Origin: Macrostomum lignano
Lineage: Eukaryota
Direction of reading: 5' to 3'
Assembly (NCBI GenBank): GCA_002269645.1
Contig: NIVC01001976.1
Coordinates: 1 to 64,000, forward strand
DNA: 64,000 bases
Position numbers and translations under genes: made by a program. The number at the start of each line of letters is the position of its first letter. Within the stretch, counting starts at the first letter, position 1. The notes beneath the pieces were generated by a model. It searched no databases. It saw only the letters and a program-made list of their open reading frames with translations, and was not told the origin of the DNA. This document shows positions 39,160 to 54,609 of this stretch, piece after piece.

Positions 39160-41200
39160 TCAGTTGCTGGCCACCCTTCCAGATCTTCAGCTGTCGGGCC
39201 AGTCTCCCAGATCCTCAGTTGCTGGGCCAGCCTCCCAGATCCTCAGTTAGTGGGCCAGCCTCCCAGATCCTCAGTTGACAGGCCAGCCTCCTAGATCCTC
39301 AGTTAGTGGGCCAGCCTCCCAGATCCTCAGTTGACAGGCCAGCCTCCTAGATCATCAGTTGCTGGACCAGCTTCCCAGATCCTCAGTTGCTAGGCCAGCC
39401 TCCCAGATCCTCAGTTGCTGGGCCAGCCCCCCAGATCCTCAGTTGCTGGGCCAGCCTCCCAGATCCTCAGTTGCTGGGCCAGCCTCCCAGATACTCAGTT
39501 GCTGGGCCAGCCTCCCAGATCCTCAGTTGCTGGGCCAGCCTCCCAGATCCTCAGTTGCTGGGCCAGCCTCCCAGATCCTCAGTTGCTAGGCCAGCCTCCC
39601 AGATCCTCAGTTGCTGGGCCAGTCTCCCAGATCCTCAGTTGCTGGGCCAGTCTCCCAGATCCTCAGTCGCTGGGCCAGCCTCCCAGATCCTCAGTTGCTG
39701 GGCCAGCCTCCCAGATCCTCAGTTGCTGGGCCAGTCTCCCAGATCCTTAGTTGCTGGGCCAGCCTCCCAGATCCTCAGTTGCTGGGCCAGCCTCCCAGAT
39801 CCTCAGTTGCTGGGCCAGCCTCCCAGATCTTCAATTGCTGGGCCAGCCTCCCAGATCCTCAGTTGCTGGGCCAGCCTCCCAGATCCTCAGTTGCTAGGCC
39901 AGCCTCCCAGATCCTCAGTTGCTAGGCCAGCCTCCCAGATCCTCAGTTGCTAGGCCAGCCTCCCAGATCCTCAGTTGCTAGGCCAGCCTCCCAGATCCTC
40001 AGTTGCTGGGCCAGCCTCCCAGATCCTCAGTTGCTGGGCCAGCCTCCCAGATCCTCAGTTGCTGGGCCAGCCTCCCAGATCCTCAGTTGCTGGGCCAGCC
40101 TCCCAGATCTTCAATTGCTGGGCCAGCCTCCCAGATCCTCAGTTGCTGGGCCAGCCTCCCAGATCCTCAGTTGCTAGGCCAGCCTCCCAGATCCTCAGTT
40201 GCTAGGCCAGCCTCCCAGATCCTCAGTTGCTAGGCCAGCCTCCCAGATCCTCAGTTGCTGGGCCAGCCTCCCAGATCCTCAGTTGCTGGGCCAGCCTCCC
40301 AGATCCTCAGTTGCTGGGCCAGCCTCCCAGATCCTCAGTTGCTAGGCCAGCCTCCCAGATCCTCAGTTGCTAGGCCAGCCTCCCAGATCCTCAGTTGCTA
40401 GGCCAGCCTCCCAGATCCTCAGTTGCTGGGCCAGCCTCCCAGATCCTCAGTTGCTGGGCCAGCCTCCCAGATCCTCAGTTGCTGGGCCAGCCTCCCAGAT
40501 CCTCAGTTGCTAGGCCAGCCTCCCAGATCCTCAGTTGCTAGGCCAGCCTCCCAGATCCTCAGTTGCTAGGCCAGCCTCCCAGATCCTCAGTTGCTGGGCC
40601 AGCCTCCCAGATCCTCAGTTGCTGGGCCAGCCTCCCAGATCCTCAGTTGCTGGGCCAGCCTCCCAGATCCTCAGTTGCTGGGCCAGCCTCCCAGATCCTC
40701 AGTTGCTGGGCCAGCCTCCCAGATCCTCAGTTGCTAGGCCAGCCTCCCAGATCCTCAGTTGCTGGGCCAGCCTCCCAGATCCTCAGTTGCTGGGCCAGCC
40801 TCCCAGATCCTCAGTTGCTGGGCCAGCCTCCCAGATCCTCAGTTGCTAGGCCAGCCTCCCAGATCCTCAGTTGCTAGGCCAGCCTCCCAGATCCTCAGTT
40901 GCTAGGCCAGCCTCCCAGATCCTCAGTTGCTGGGCCAGCCTCCCAGATCCTTAGTTGCTGGGCCAGCCTCCCAGATCCTCAGTTGCTAGGCCAGCCTCCC
41001 AGATCCTCAGTTGCTGGGCCAGCCTCCCAGATCCTCAGTTGCTGGGCCAGCCTCCCAGATCCTCAGTTGCTGGGCCAGCCTCCCAGATCCTCAGTTGCTG
41101 GGCCAGCCTCCCAGATCCTCAGTTGCTGGGCCAGCCTCCCAGATCCTCAGTTGCTGGGCCAGCCTCCCAGATCCTCAGTTGCTGGGCCAGCCTCCCAGAG
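39160..41200. repeat. 28-bp minisatellite (CTCAGTTGCTGGGCCAGCCTCCCAGATC), copy 1
   Basis: Direct reading; generates the LGQPPRSSVAGPASQILSC ORFs. Confidence 0.97.
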
Positions 41201-41224
41201 TTTCAGTTGAGCAAGCCTTGTTAC

Positions 41225-41775
41225 CTCAAGGGCCAGATAAAAATATAATAATTTAATTTACTGCGGGTCAGATGAGAGAGGAGTGGAGAGGGAATAATGT
41301 GAGAGAAGAGGAAAGAGACAAGAGAAAGGAGATAAAGGATGAGAGAGGAGATAAGAGAAGAGAGAGAAGAGAGAGAAGAGAGATGAGAGTAGAGAGAGGA
41401 GATTGGGGTAGAGAGAAAAGATGAGAGTAGAGAAAGGAGATGAAAGTAGAGAGAAAAGATGAGAGTAGAGAGAGGAGATGAGAGTAGAGAGGAGATGAGG
41501 GTAGAGAGAGGATATGAGAGTAGAGAGAGAATATAAGAGAAGATAGAAGAGAGAAGATAGAAGATTAAAAGAGGCAAAAGAGTAGAGAAGAGAGAGGACG
41601 TGAGAGAAAAGCGATGAGAGAAGAGATATGAGATGAGAGGAGAGAAGAGATAAAAGATTACAGAATCAAAAGAGTAGAAGAGAGAAGAGAGAGAGAGGAG
41701 AGCTAAGAATAGACACAATCAGCTTTAGATTGCCATTGTAAAGTTTCAAAAGACCCCCCTTTTGAGGGCCGTCTG
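41225..41775. repeat. Dispersed repeat with an internal GA-rich tract (also at 50815-51365 and 58330-60060)
   Basis: Shared flanks gcgggtc(a/t)gatgagag...ggagagggaata and gattgc.attgt.aagtttcaaaag.acc...gagggccg. Confidence 0.6.
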
Positions 41776-43005
41776 CAACCCCCTGATGTACGCGGAGGCG
41801 GAAGGGTTCATCTCCGAGCATGCATACAGCCTCAGGATATACTCTATATTAATCACGCATGCTGCTGCGTATAAGCTCAAGTCTAAGCCTGGTGTCAGCG
41901 AACTTCCCTTCTTTACTCGTACCGGTATTAGCTATAATTATAATAGTTATGCATAGTTATAGTTACTATATGCATATAGCTCGTATATTCAAGTAGAGGT
42001 TTTGCCTTTTCTCTTGGCTGTCTCTCTCTCCCTCTCCCAGATTTTTTCACATAGATTCTCTATACTCCGCTTAATCCACACCGCAAGTCCCATTCTCAAG
42101 AATACGATGTGATTATAGTTCTACTCCATATTCCGGTTCTAGAACTCCTTGCCCTTAGAGTCCGTATAATAAAGTTGAGGCATTTGACCGACTAAAAAGA
42201 TCCACATTTTCTTTCAAACTCTCCTTTTCCCCTTCTGCCCATGGTCCCCAGTTCCACTTCCTATCCCAGTGACTTGCATCACGCAGTGCGTCTTAGATGG
42301 GACAGAGCTCAATTAATGCTCAGAGCATAATCCCGTCTCGCGGATCCTTGTCTATTGTATTCTTTTTGGGGGGGGGATGCTGACTGGCTTGAGCACAGTG
42401 GAATATTGCTTTTAGCTCTGCTGTGTGCACCTGTCTCTCTCTACCTTCATTCTCTCTCCCTCTCCCCCTCTCTGTCACTTCTGCCCGGCATTGAGCATTT
42501 TTCTTCACAATTGCACGCAGGAAAAATGGGCTGTGTTTAGAGGTTTTCGATCGGCGGCGGGCGGGTGGCTGGGCTAGGCGAGCATATATTCAGATTGGAT
42601 ATAGTTGAGTTGAGTATTGGTGTGTGTCAGGTACAGTAGCCAAAAAAATTTTTTTGTTCTATACTTGCCCCTGCCAAGTTGCCAAGTCTCAGAGAGAAGA
42701 AGTCTCAGTCTTGAATAGTTGGCTGGCTAGCACCCAAGTGCATTCCTTGCTGTGTCCCTCCATCCATCTTGTTGGCTAACCATGCAGGTGAGACCGCTGA
42801 GTAGGGTTGGGTTGAGCAGTTATTTAGCTAGCAGCTATTATTATTAAACTGAAACAGTTAAGTGTTTATCGCCCTCTTCTTGGCTTGACTGCTCTTTTTT
42901 GAAGTATTATTATTGTTTTTACTACTATATAAGCATTTTATAAGCGAAGGCTCTTAAAACTGCTCAAATACGAGTACATTGATCAGTTTGAGACAAGACA
43001 GTGAG

Positions 43006-43113
43006 ATGTCGATGTCCAACTTTAATGGTAGTCGGCGCAGTAGTCGCGACTCGCTGCTTTTGAAGCAGCAGCAGCAGCAGCAGCAGCATCTAGTCACTCT
43101 GACACTGGCCTGA
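43006..43113 (+). pseudogene. Truncated duplicate of PDE8 exon 1b, fused to satellite
   Basis: Identical to 52596 onward up to the CAG run, then reads HLVTLTLA* in satellite sequence. The splice donor is missing. Confidence 0.8.
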
Positions 43114-45866
43114 CTGATCTAGTCACTCTGACATTGACCTGACTGATCTAGTCACTCTGAAACTGGCCTGGCCTCCATCTAGTCACCCTGACACTGGCTT
43201 GACTGATCTAGTCACTCTGACACTGTCCTGACTGATCTAGTCACTCTGAAACTGGCCTGGCCTCCATCTAGTCACTCTGACACTGGCCTGACTGATCTAG
43301 TCACTCTGAAACTGGCCTGGCCTCTATCTAGTCACCCTGACACTGGCCTGACTGATCTAGTCACCCTGACACTGGCCTGACTGATCTAGTCACCCTGACA
43401 CTGGCCTGACTGATCTAGTCACCCTGACACTGGCCTGACTGATCTAGTCACCCTGACACTGGCCTGACTGAGTGACTGATCTAGTCACTCTGACACTGGC
43501 CTGACTGAGTGACTGATCTAGTCACTCTGACACTGGCCTGACTGATCTAGTCACTCTGACACTGGCCTGACTGAGTGATCTAGTCACTCTGACACTGGCC
43601 TGACTGATCTAGTCACTCTGAGTTGGCCTGGCCCCCATCTAGTCACTCCGACACTGGCTTGGCCCCCATCTAGTCACTCCGACACTGGCTTGGCCCCCAT
43701 CTAGTCACTCTGACACTGGCCTGGCCCCCATCTAGTCACTCTGACACTAACCCGGCCTCCATCTAGTCACTCTGACACTAACCCGGCCTCCATCTAGTCA
43801 CTCTGACACTGGCCTGACTGATCTAGTCACTCTGACATTGGCTTGACTGATCTAGTCACTCTGACTCTGGCCTGACTGATCTAGTCACTCTGACACTGGC
43901 CTGACTGATCTAGTCACTCTGACACTGGCCTGACTGATCTAGTCACTCTGACACTGGCCTGACTGATCTAGTCACTCTGACACTGGCCTGACTGATCTAG
44001 TCACTCTGACACTGGCCTGACTGATCTAGTCACCCTGACACTGGCCTGACTGATCTAGTCACTCTGACACTGGCCTGACTGATCTAGTCACTCTGACACT
44101 GGCCTGACTGATCTAGTCACTCTGACACTGGCCTGACTGATCTAGTCACTCTGACACTGGCCTGACTGATCTAGTCACTCTGATACTGGCCTGACTGATC
44201 TAGTCACTCTGACACTGGCTTGACTGATCTAGTCACTCTGACACTGGCCTGACTGATCTAGTCACTCTGACACTGGCCTGACTGATCTAGTCACTCTGAC
44301 ACTGGCCTGACTGATCTAGTCACTCTGACACTGGCCTGACTGATCTAGTCACTCTGACACTGGCCTGACTGATCTAGTCACTCTGATACTGGCCTGACTG
44401 ATCTAGTCACTCTGACACTGGCTTGACTGATCTAGTCACTCTGACACTGGCCTGACTGATCTAGTCACTCTGACACTGGCCTGACTGATCTAGTCACTCT
44501 GACACTGGCCTGACTGATCTAGTCACTCTGACACTGGCCTGACTGATCTAGTCACTCTGACACTGGCCTGACTGATCTAGTCATATGAAACTGGCCTTAC
44601 TGATCTAGTCACTCTGACACTGGCCTGACTGATCTAGTCACTCTGACACTGGCCTGACTGATCTAGTCACTCTGACACTGGCCTGACTGATCTAGTCACT
44701 CTGACACTGGCCTGACTGATCTAGTCACTCTGACACTGGCCTGACTGATCTAGTCACTCTGACACTGGCCTGACTGATCTAGTCACTCTGACACTGGCCT
44801 GACTGATCTAGTCATATGAAACTGGCCTTACTGATCTAGTCACTCTGACACTGGCCTGACTGATCTAGTCACTCTGACACTGGCCTGACTGATCTAGTCA
44901 CTCTGACACTGGCCTGACTGATCTAGTCACTCTGACACTGGCCTGACTGATCTAGTCACTCTGACACTGGCCTGACTGATCTAGTCACTCTGATACTGGC
45001 CTGACTGATCTAGTCACTCTGACACTGGCTTGACTGATCTAGTCACTCTGACACTGGCTTGGCCTTGGCCCCATCTAGTCACTCTGACACTGGCTTGACC
45101 GGTTGGCCCCCATCTAGTCACTCTGACACTGGCCTGACTGATCTAGTCACTCTGACACTGGCCTGACTGATCTAGTCACTCTGACACTGGCCTGACTGAT
45201 CTAGTCACTCTGACACTGGCCTGACTGATCTAGTCACTCTGACACTGGCCTGACTGATCTAGTCACTCTGACACTGGCCTGACTGATCTAGTCACTCTGA
45301 CACTGGCCTGACTGATCTAGTCACTCTGACACTGGCCTGACTGATCTAGTCACTCTGACACTGGCCTGACTGATCTAGTCACTCTGACACTGGCCTGACT
45401 GATCTAGTCACTCTGACACTGGCTTGACTGATCTAGTCACTCTGACACTGGCTTGGCCTTGGCCCCATCTAGTCACTCTGACACTGGCTTGACCGGTTGG
45501 CCCCCATCTAGTCACTCTGACACTGGCCTGACTGATCTAGTCACTCTGACACTGGCCTGACTGATCTAGTCACTCTGACACTGGCCTGACTGATCTAGTC
45601 ACTCTGACACTGGCCTGACTGATCTAGTCACTCTGACACTGGCCTGACTGATCTAGTCACTCTGACACTGGCCTGACTGATCTAGTCACTCTGACACTGG
45701 CCTGACTGATCTAGTCACTCTGACACTGGCCTGACTGATCTAGTCACTCTGACACTGGCCTGACTGATCTAGTCACTCTGACACTGGCCTGACTGATCTA
45801 GTCACTCTGACACTGGCCTGGCCCCCATCTAGTCACTCTGAGTCTGACACTGGCCTGACTGATCTA
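43087..45866. repeat. 29-bp minisatellite, copy 2
   Basis: Same unit, with the same order of variants as 34005 onward. Confidence 0.97.
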
Positions 45867-46480
45867 TCATAAGTCAGGCCTATGCATGGTATGCTCTTTC
45901 ATGGTTTAATGACTTAGACTAGTCTTTCTTACATTAAAACCATGAACGTGCAAAGCAACTAGAGTTCGCAATTCCACAATTTCTACTCCCTTATCCTGGG
46001 TGTTAAGGGCTATGATAGAAATAAGGAACTGATCTGGGAACATATAAAAAATTCTCATTAACATCTAGCCCTGAACCCTTCCTTCCCAACTGGCCAAATT
46101 CTCCCAGCTATGATATTATTGCCCAAGGGTGTGCCTGTGCATGGTATTTATTAACAGCCTAGTTGCACTCAGTGCTCTGTCTCTACTCACACGTGGCTTT
46201 TCTCAGCAGCTCACTTGCCTCAGCACTCTGCAGCAATCACCAGTCCTCATCACTCGTGAAGGAGGCTGGTTGAGATGAGGAGTAACTTGAAATTCTTGTA
46301 GATGATGTTGGCAGTGTTGGCCCCACTGGAAAGTGGCAAGTAAGTAGGATTTGCTTCAACCTTGTGCTCGGCTTGCTGCACTGCATTCGGTGCAGTGCGG
46401 GGATGCAGATTAGAGATGCTGGAGTTTCCAGCTGCCAGCTGAACTAAAGTACATATACATATTTGCACCGCCGAGATCAA

Positions 46481-47556
<1,076 letters not shown>

Positions 47557-48888
47557 ATTAATCCTATTAGAGTTAAAAACTCAAGAGTTTAGTAAACAAA
47601 ATAAAAATGAGTATACGAGCTATATCTATAGAAGAAATATTAGTAAAATAATGGCGCAAGCTATGCTCATAATATTTCCAATACATATATAATCATATGC
47701 TTTTTAGCTTTATATTATGTATAAATAAATATAGAATTTTGCGAGTCCAACTAGATTGGCTGACTGAGTAAAACTGCATTTCGCTTCTCTCTCTCTCTCT
47801 CCCTTCCCTTAGCAACGCATCTCGAATCCTCCCAAACCCTTCAATTAATGTTTCTCTCGTGCATCTTAATTTATACGCGAATATGCATGACGCTTACGTA
47901 GCTGCGGGTCGGTCGGCGCATAGCACTTGGGTGGCCTTGTCTGCTGTTTCACTCACGATATGCCGCGCTGCTGCGCCTTCTCTCTCCCCTCATCCATTTC
48001 CTCTTCTCCGATTAATCCTCCCATATCCTATAGCTTTCTGTCTCCCATCTCCTATATCTTATTTCTCATCTCTAATCTCTTTTCTCGTATCTCTTATCTC
48101 TTAGCTCTCATCTCTTATCTCCTAACTTTCATCTCTCGCACCCCCGTCTCTCGTCTCTAATCTCATTTTCTCTCTCATCTCTTATCTCTCAACTCTCATC
48201 TCCCATCTGTCATCTGTCATCTTTTTTCTCTTTATCTTCATCTCTCATCTCTCACATATCCCCCACATCCCATCTCTCATTTTCTATCTCCAGTCTCTCG
48301 AACTAGGAAGGATAAATAAAATTACGAGTCTGCAGCATAAAATAATTGGAATTTAGCTTTCGTATATCCCTGCTTCTGATTAAGAATCTGATCAGGAGTC
48401 CCAGCATCAGCAGCGAATCAATAGGAGGGAGGGGGATTGCTCTCAGACCCGGCTCTGAGATCTATAGATAAGTTCGAGTCGAAAATGAAAATTTTATATG
48501 CAGTATTTTCAGCTCGATAATACGAAATGCTATTTTCTCAAATATAATACAGCATCAGATTGGAATGTTATATTGATGAAGCCAGTGGCTTGAGTAGCGC
48601 TTGCCTGTCTGCCTGCCCGTATTGTTCTGAGTTGTGTTATCTCATGCATCTGTGTGTGTCTCCCGCCGTTTTTCATTCCTCTTAAACTGCATTCATTTGC
48701 TGCAGGTCTGTAACACACACTGTTTAGTTTCATGCAATAGGTCCATGTTTCATCTGGCTCTGGGGGGGTTTGTGTTATCACCGTTGTGCATGGCTGTTAG
48801 TAATTCTCACCTCACCTTATCTACTTGTCTCATTAGGAACTGCTCTAACTTTAGGTTTTAAGTGGCTTTAGTGTAGCGTACACTTAAA

Positions 48889-50790
48889 CCTCAGTTGCTG
48901 GGCCACCCTTCCAGATCTTCAGCTGTCGGGCCAGTCTCCCAGATCCTCAGTTGCTGGGCCAGCCTCCCAGATCCTCAGTTAGTGGGCCAGCCTCCCAGAT
49001 CCTCAGTTGACAGGCCAGCCTCCTAGATCCTCAGTTAGTGGGCCAGCCTCCCAGATCCTCAGTTGACAGGCCAGCCTCCTAGATCATCAGTTGCTGGACC
49101 AGCTTCCCAGATCCTCAGTTGCTAGGCCAGCCTCCCAGATCCTCAGTTGCTGGGCCAGCCCCCCAGATCCTCAGTTGCTGGGCCAGCCTCCCAGATCCTC
49201 AGTTGCTGGGCCAGCCTCCCAGATACTCAGTTGCTGGGCCAGCCTCCCAGATCCTCAGTTGCTGGGCCAGCCTCCCAGATCCTCAGTTGCTGGGCCAGCC
49301 TCCCAGATCCTCAGTTGCTAGGCCAGCCTCCCAGATCCTCAGTTGCTGGGCCAGTCTCCCAGATCCTCAGTTGCTGGGCCAGTCTCCCAGATCCTCAGTC
49401 GCTGGGCCAGCCTCCCAGATCCTCAGTTGCTGGGCCAGCCTCCCAGATCCTCAGTTGCTGGGCCAGTCTCCCAGATCCTTAGTTGCTGGGCCAGCCTCCC
49501 AGATCCTCAGTTGCTGGGCCAGCCTCCCAGATCCTCAGTTGCTGGGCCAGCCTCCCAGATCTTCAATTGCTGGGCCAGCCTCCCAGATCCTCAGTTGCTG
49601 GGCCAGCCTCCCAGATCCTCAGTTGCTAGGCCAGCCTCCCAGATCCTCAGTTGCTAGGCCAGCCTCCCAGATCCTCAGTTGCTAGGCCAGCCTCCCAGAT
49701 CCTCAGTTGCTGGGCCAGCCTCCCAGATCCTCAGTTGCTGGGCCAGCCTCCCAGATCCTCAGTTGCTGGGCCAGCCTCCCAGATCCTCAGTTGCTGGGCC
49801 AGCCTCCCAGATCTTCAATTGCTGGGCCAGCCTCCCAGATCCTCAGTTGCTGGGCCAGCCTCCCAGATCCTCAGTTGCTAGGCCAGCCTCCCAGATCCTC
49901 AGTTGCTAGGCCAGCCTCCCAGATCCTCAGTTGCTGGGCCAGCCTCCCAGATCCTCAGTTGCTGGGCCAGCCTCCCAGATCCTCAGTTGCTGGCCAGCCT
50001 CCCAGATCCTCAGTTGCTGGGCCAGCCTCCCAGATCCTCAGTTGCTAGGCCAGCCTCCCAGATCCTCAGTTGCTAGGCCAGCCTCCCAGATCCTCAGTTG
50101 CTAGGCCAGCCTCCCAGATCCTCAGTTGCTGGGCCAGCCTCCCAGATCCTTAGTTGCTGGGCCAGCCTCCCAGATCCTCAGTTGACAGGCCAGCCTCCTA
50201 GATCCTCAGTTAGTGGGCCAGCCTCCCAGATCCTCAGTTGACAGGCCAGCCTCCTAGATCATCAGTTGCTGGACCAGCTTCCCAGATCCTCAGTTGCTAG
50301 GCCAGCCTCCCAGATCCTCAGTTGCTGGGCCAGCCCCCCAGATCCTCAGTTGCTGGGCCAGCCTCCCAGATCCTCAGTTGCTGGGCCAGCCTCCCAGATA
50401 CTCAGTTGCTGGGCCAGCCTCCCAGATCCTCAGTTGCTGGGCCAGCCTCCCAGATCCTCAGTTGCTGGGCCAGCCTCCCAGATCCTCAGTTGCTGGGCCA
50501 GCCTCCCAGATCCTCAGTTGCTGGGCCAGCCTCCCAGATCCTCAGTTGCTGGGCCAGCCTCCCAGATCCTCAGTTGCTAGGCCAGCCTCCCAGATCCTCA
50601 GTTGCTAGGCCAGCCTCCCAGATCCTCAGTTGCTAGGCCAGCCTCCCAGATCCTCAGTTGCTGGGCCAGCCTCCCAGATCCTCAGTTGCTGGGCCAGCCT
50701 CCCAGATCCTCAGTTGCTGGGCCAGCCTCCCAGATCCTCAGTTGCTGGGCCAGCCTCCCAGATCCTCAGTTGCTGGGCCAGCCTCCCAGA
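48889..50790. repeat. 28-bp minisatellite, copy 2
   Basis: Direct reading. Confidence 0.97.
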
Positions 50791-52595
50791 GTGTCAGTTG
50801 AGCAAGCCTTGTTACCTCAAGGGCCAGATAAAAATATAATAATTTAATTTACTGCGGGTCAGATGAGAGAGGAGTGGAGAGGGAATAATGTGAGAGAAGA
50901 GGAAAGAGACAAGAGAAAGGAGATAAAGGATGAGAGAGGAGATAAGAGAAGAGAGAGAAGAGAGAGAAGAGAGATGAGAGTAGAGAGAGGAGATTGGGGT
51001 AGAGAGAAAAGATGAGAGTAGAGAAAGGAGATGAAAGTAGAGAGAAAAGATGAGAGTAGAGAGAGGAGATGAGAGTAGAGAGGAGATGAGGGTAGAGAGA
51101 GGATATGAGAGTAGAGAGAGAATATAAGAGAAGATAGAAGAGAGAAGATAGAAGATTAAAAGAGGCAAAAGAGTAGAGAAGAGAGAGGACGTGAGAGAAA
51201 AGCGATGAGAGAAGAGATATGAGATGAGAGGAGAGAAGAGATAAAAGATTACAGAATCAAAAGAGTAGAAGAGAGAAGAGAGAGAGAGGAGAGCTAAGAA
51301 TAGACACAATCAGCTTTAGATTGCCATTGTAAAGTTTCAAAAGACCCCCCTTTTGAGGGCCGTCTGCAACCCCCTGATGTACGCGGAGGCGGAAGGGTTC
51401 ATCTCCGAGCATGCATACAGCCTCAGGATATACTCTATATTAATCACGCATGCTGCTGCGTATAAGCTCAAGTCTAAGCCTGGTGTCAGCGAACTTCCCT
51501 TCTTTACTCGTACCGGTATTAGCTATAATTATAATAGTTATGCATAGTTATAGTTACTATATGCATATAGCTCGTATATTCAAGTAGAGGTTTTGCCTTT
51601 TCTCTTGGCTGTCTCTCTCTCCCTCTCCCAGATTTTTTCACATAGATTCTCTATACTCCGCTTAATCCACACCGCAAGTCCCATTCTCAAGAATACGATG
51701 TGATTATAGTTCTACTCCATATTCCGGTTCTAGAACTCCTTGCCCTTAGAGTCCGTATAATAAAGTTGAGGCATTTGACCGACTAAAAAGATCCACATTT
51801 TCTTTCAAACTCTCCTTTTCCCCTTCTGCCCATGGTCCCCAGTTCCACTTCCTATCCCAGTGACTTGCATCACGCAGTGCGTCTTAGATGGGACAGAGCT
51901 CAATTAATGCTCAGAGCATAATCCCGTCTCGCGGATCCTTGTCTATTGTATTCTTTTTGGGGGGGGGATGCTGACTGGCTTGAGCACAGTGGAATATTGC
52001 TTTTAGCTCTGCTGTGTGCACCTGTCTCTCTCTACCTTCATTCTCTCTCCCTCTCCCCCTCTCTGTCACTTCTGCCCGGCATTGAGCATTTTTCTTCACA
52101 ATTGCACGCAGGAAAAATGGGCTGTGTTTAGAGGTTTTCGATCGGCGGCGGCGGGTGGCTGGGCTAGGCGAGCATATATTCAGATTGGATATAGTTGAGT
52201 TGAGTATTGGTGTGTGTCAGGTACAGTAGCCAAAAAAATTTTTTTGTTCTATACTTGCCCCTGCCAAGTTGCCAAGTCTCAGAGAGAAGAAGTCTCAGTC
52301 TTGAATAGTTGGCTGGCTAGCACCCAAGTGCATTCCTTGCTGTGTCCCTCCATCCATCTTGTTGGCTAACCATGCAGGTGAGACCGCTGAGTAGGGTTGG
52401 GTTGAGCAGTTATTTAGCTAGCAGCTATTATTATTAAACTGAAACAGTTAAGTGTTTATCGCCCTCTTCTTGGCTTGACTGCTCTTTTTTGAAGTATTAT
52501 TATTGTTTTTACTACTATATAAGCATTTTATAAGCGAAGGCTCTTAAAACTGCTCAAATACGAGTACATTGATCAGTTTGAGACAAGACAGTGAG

Positions 52596-52718
52596 ATGTC
52601 GATGTCCAACTTTAATGGTAGTCGGCGCAGTAGTCGCGACTCGCTGCTTTTGAAGCAGCAGCAGCAGCAGCAGCAGCAGATTCTGCAACACGAGGAGTTG
52701 GCATTCTCTACTGATCAG
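52596..52718 (+). CDS. PDE8: PDE8-like, candidate alternative first (or internal) exon 1b
   Basis: MSMSNFNGSRRSSRDSLLLKQ8ILQHEELAFSTDQ followed by a phase-0 donor CAG|GTTGGA, compatible with the next exon. Confidence 0.55.
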
Positions 52719-52729
52719 GTTGGAGGCCT

Positions 52730-53096
52730 TTTTTATTAGAGAGGCAGAGGCTGTGTGCGCCCTGGTGTACTTCGTCTTTAAGCGACATTGTCACACAACC
52801 GGCGAGAGGCATTACTGCCCTTCCACCGACTCCCCTGAGCAGGCACACAAGCGCGCAGTCATACGCACAGGCACACACTCACACAGGAGTGTACAGCGCT
52901 CCCTAACTTCATTTATCACTAGACATGTACACTTCTCTGTGCCTTGGGGTTTGGCCCTCAAGGCCGTTAATTGCACGAGCAGAGCCAAGCCGAGATTCCA
53001 ATTTAGCCCCAAAATCAATATGACTGCACTTGGAATCGAGCCTGGGTCGCTGGCACACCAGAGCGCCACACTATACCACTAGGCTACGACACTCCC
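52730..53096 (-). mobile_element. tRNA-derived SINE with 12-bp target-site duplication
   Basis: Minus strand: A box TAGCCTAGTGG, B box GGCTCGATTCC, 3' tail TAATAAAAA. Flanked by GGTTGGAGGCCT at 52718-52729 and 53097-53108. Confidence 0.85.
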
Positions 53097-53234
53097 GGTT
53101 GGAGGCCTAGCGTGTAACCTACATGTACTTGTTGTTCCGGAATCTTGAGAATTGGGCATTTTTCGACCTGCCTGTAATAATTCTGATCAACTGTTAAACG
53201 AAACTTTCATTTTACAATCGATTTATAATTCCAG

Positions 53235-53282
53235 TTTCTGCCCAACATCAACGGCATGCTGCCTGAGGACGATGTCATGTCG
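53235..53282 (+). CDS. PDE8: PDE8-like, 48-nt linker exon (FLPNINGMLPEDDVMS)
   Basis: ttccag| acceptor and |GTAAGT donor, phase 0/0. It sits where PDE8 has a short segment preceding the REC domain. Confidence 0.7.
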
Positions 53283-53394
53283 GTAAGTTGAAATGGAAAA
53301 TTGTTTTCTACAATACATATCGGTAGTTTTGGGTTCTGTTAGGTTGGTAGCCTGCATTGATTGAGTCAGAGGAACTAGTTGTTTTACTTGTCCC

Positions 53395-53875
53395 CTTCTG
53401 CTTCTGTCTGTTTTTCTCACCTGTTTTCGTCTGTTTCTGTCTGTTTTTCCTACCTGTTTTCGTCTGTTTCTGTCTGTTTTTCCTACCTGTTTTCGTCTGT
53501 TTCTGTCTGTTTCTGCCTGTTTCTGCCTGTTTCTGTCTGTTTCTGTCTGTTTCTGCCTGTTTCTGCCTGTTTCTGTCTGTTTCTGTCTGTTTCTGTCTGT
53601 TTCTGCCTGTTTCTGTCTGTTTCTGTCTGTTTTTGTCTGTTTCTGTTTCTGCCTGTTTCTGCCTGTTTCTGCCTGTTTTTGCCTGTTTGTGCCTGTTTCT
53701 GTCTGTTTCTGCCTGTTTCTGCCTGTTTCTGCCTGTTTCTGCCTGTTTCTGTCTGTTTCTGCCTGTTTCTGCCTGTTTCTGCCTGTTTCTGTCTGTTTCT
53801 GTCTGTTTCTGCCTGTTTCTGTCTGTTTCTGTCTGTTTCTGCCTGTTTCTGTCTGTTTCTGCCTGTTTGTGCCTA
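53395..53875. repeat. 10-bp minisatellite (CTGTTTCTG[T/C])
   Basis: Direct reading. Confidence 0.95.
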
Positions 53876-54235
53876 TTTGTGTGTCTCACCCTATTTAAAA
53901 ACAACTAAAGAAAAAATTCAGAGTCGTGCGCACCCCGCAGGTATGTTGGGTTGATTTAGTCCTAAGCTAGCAGAGCCACCACATCCAATCTACCGTTGGG
54001 TACTGCAGATGCCTATCGGACAGGCCTGGACAGACAGAGAGCTGTTTCGGGTGTGTCCGAATGGAACTACTGGCCACAAGGGGGTGAAGAAGTTTTATCT
54101 TCATCGTTGATGGACAATTCTCCAAGCATTCTCCAATTATTCATTTTTTTCCTCTCACCCCATGCAGCGTCCGTGTCTTCGCCCCAGTTAGCACCCACCG
54201 CTGCAGTCAATTATAAAGTGCAAACTGAGCCATTC

Positions 54236-54273
<38 letters not shown>

Positions 54274-54298
54274 CCTCTCTCCTCTCTCTCCTCCACCT

Positions 54299-54365
<67 letters not shown>

Positions 54366-54385
54366 CCTCCCTCTCTCCCTCTCTC

Positions 54386-54471
<86 letters not shown>

Positions 54472-54523
54472 CCTCTCTCTCTCTCTCCCTCTCTCCTCTC
54501 TCTCTCTCTCTCCTCTCTCTCCC

Positions 54524-54563
<40 letters not shown>

Positions 54564-54609
54564 TCTCCTCTCTCTCCCTCCACCTCTCTCTCTCTCTCTC
54601 TCTCTCTCC

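Noticed and set aside
52990-53096. tRNA gene
   Set aside because: A and B boxes are present, but I could not build a clean cloverleaf; the body, A-tail and TSD indicate a SINE head.
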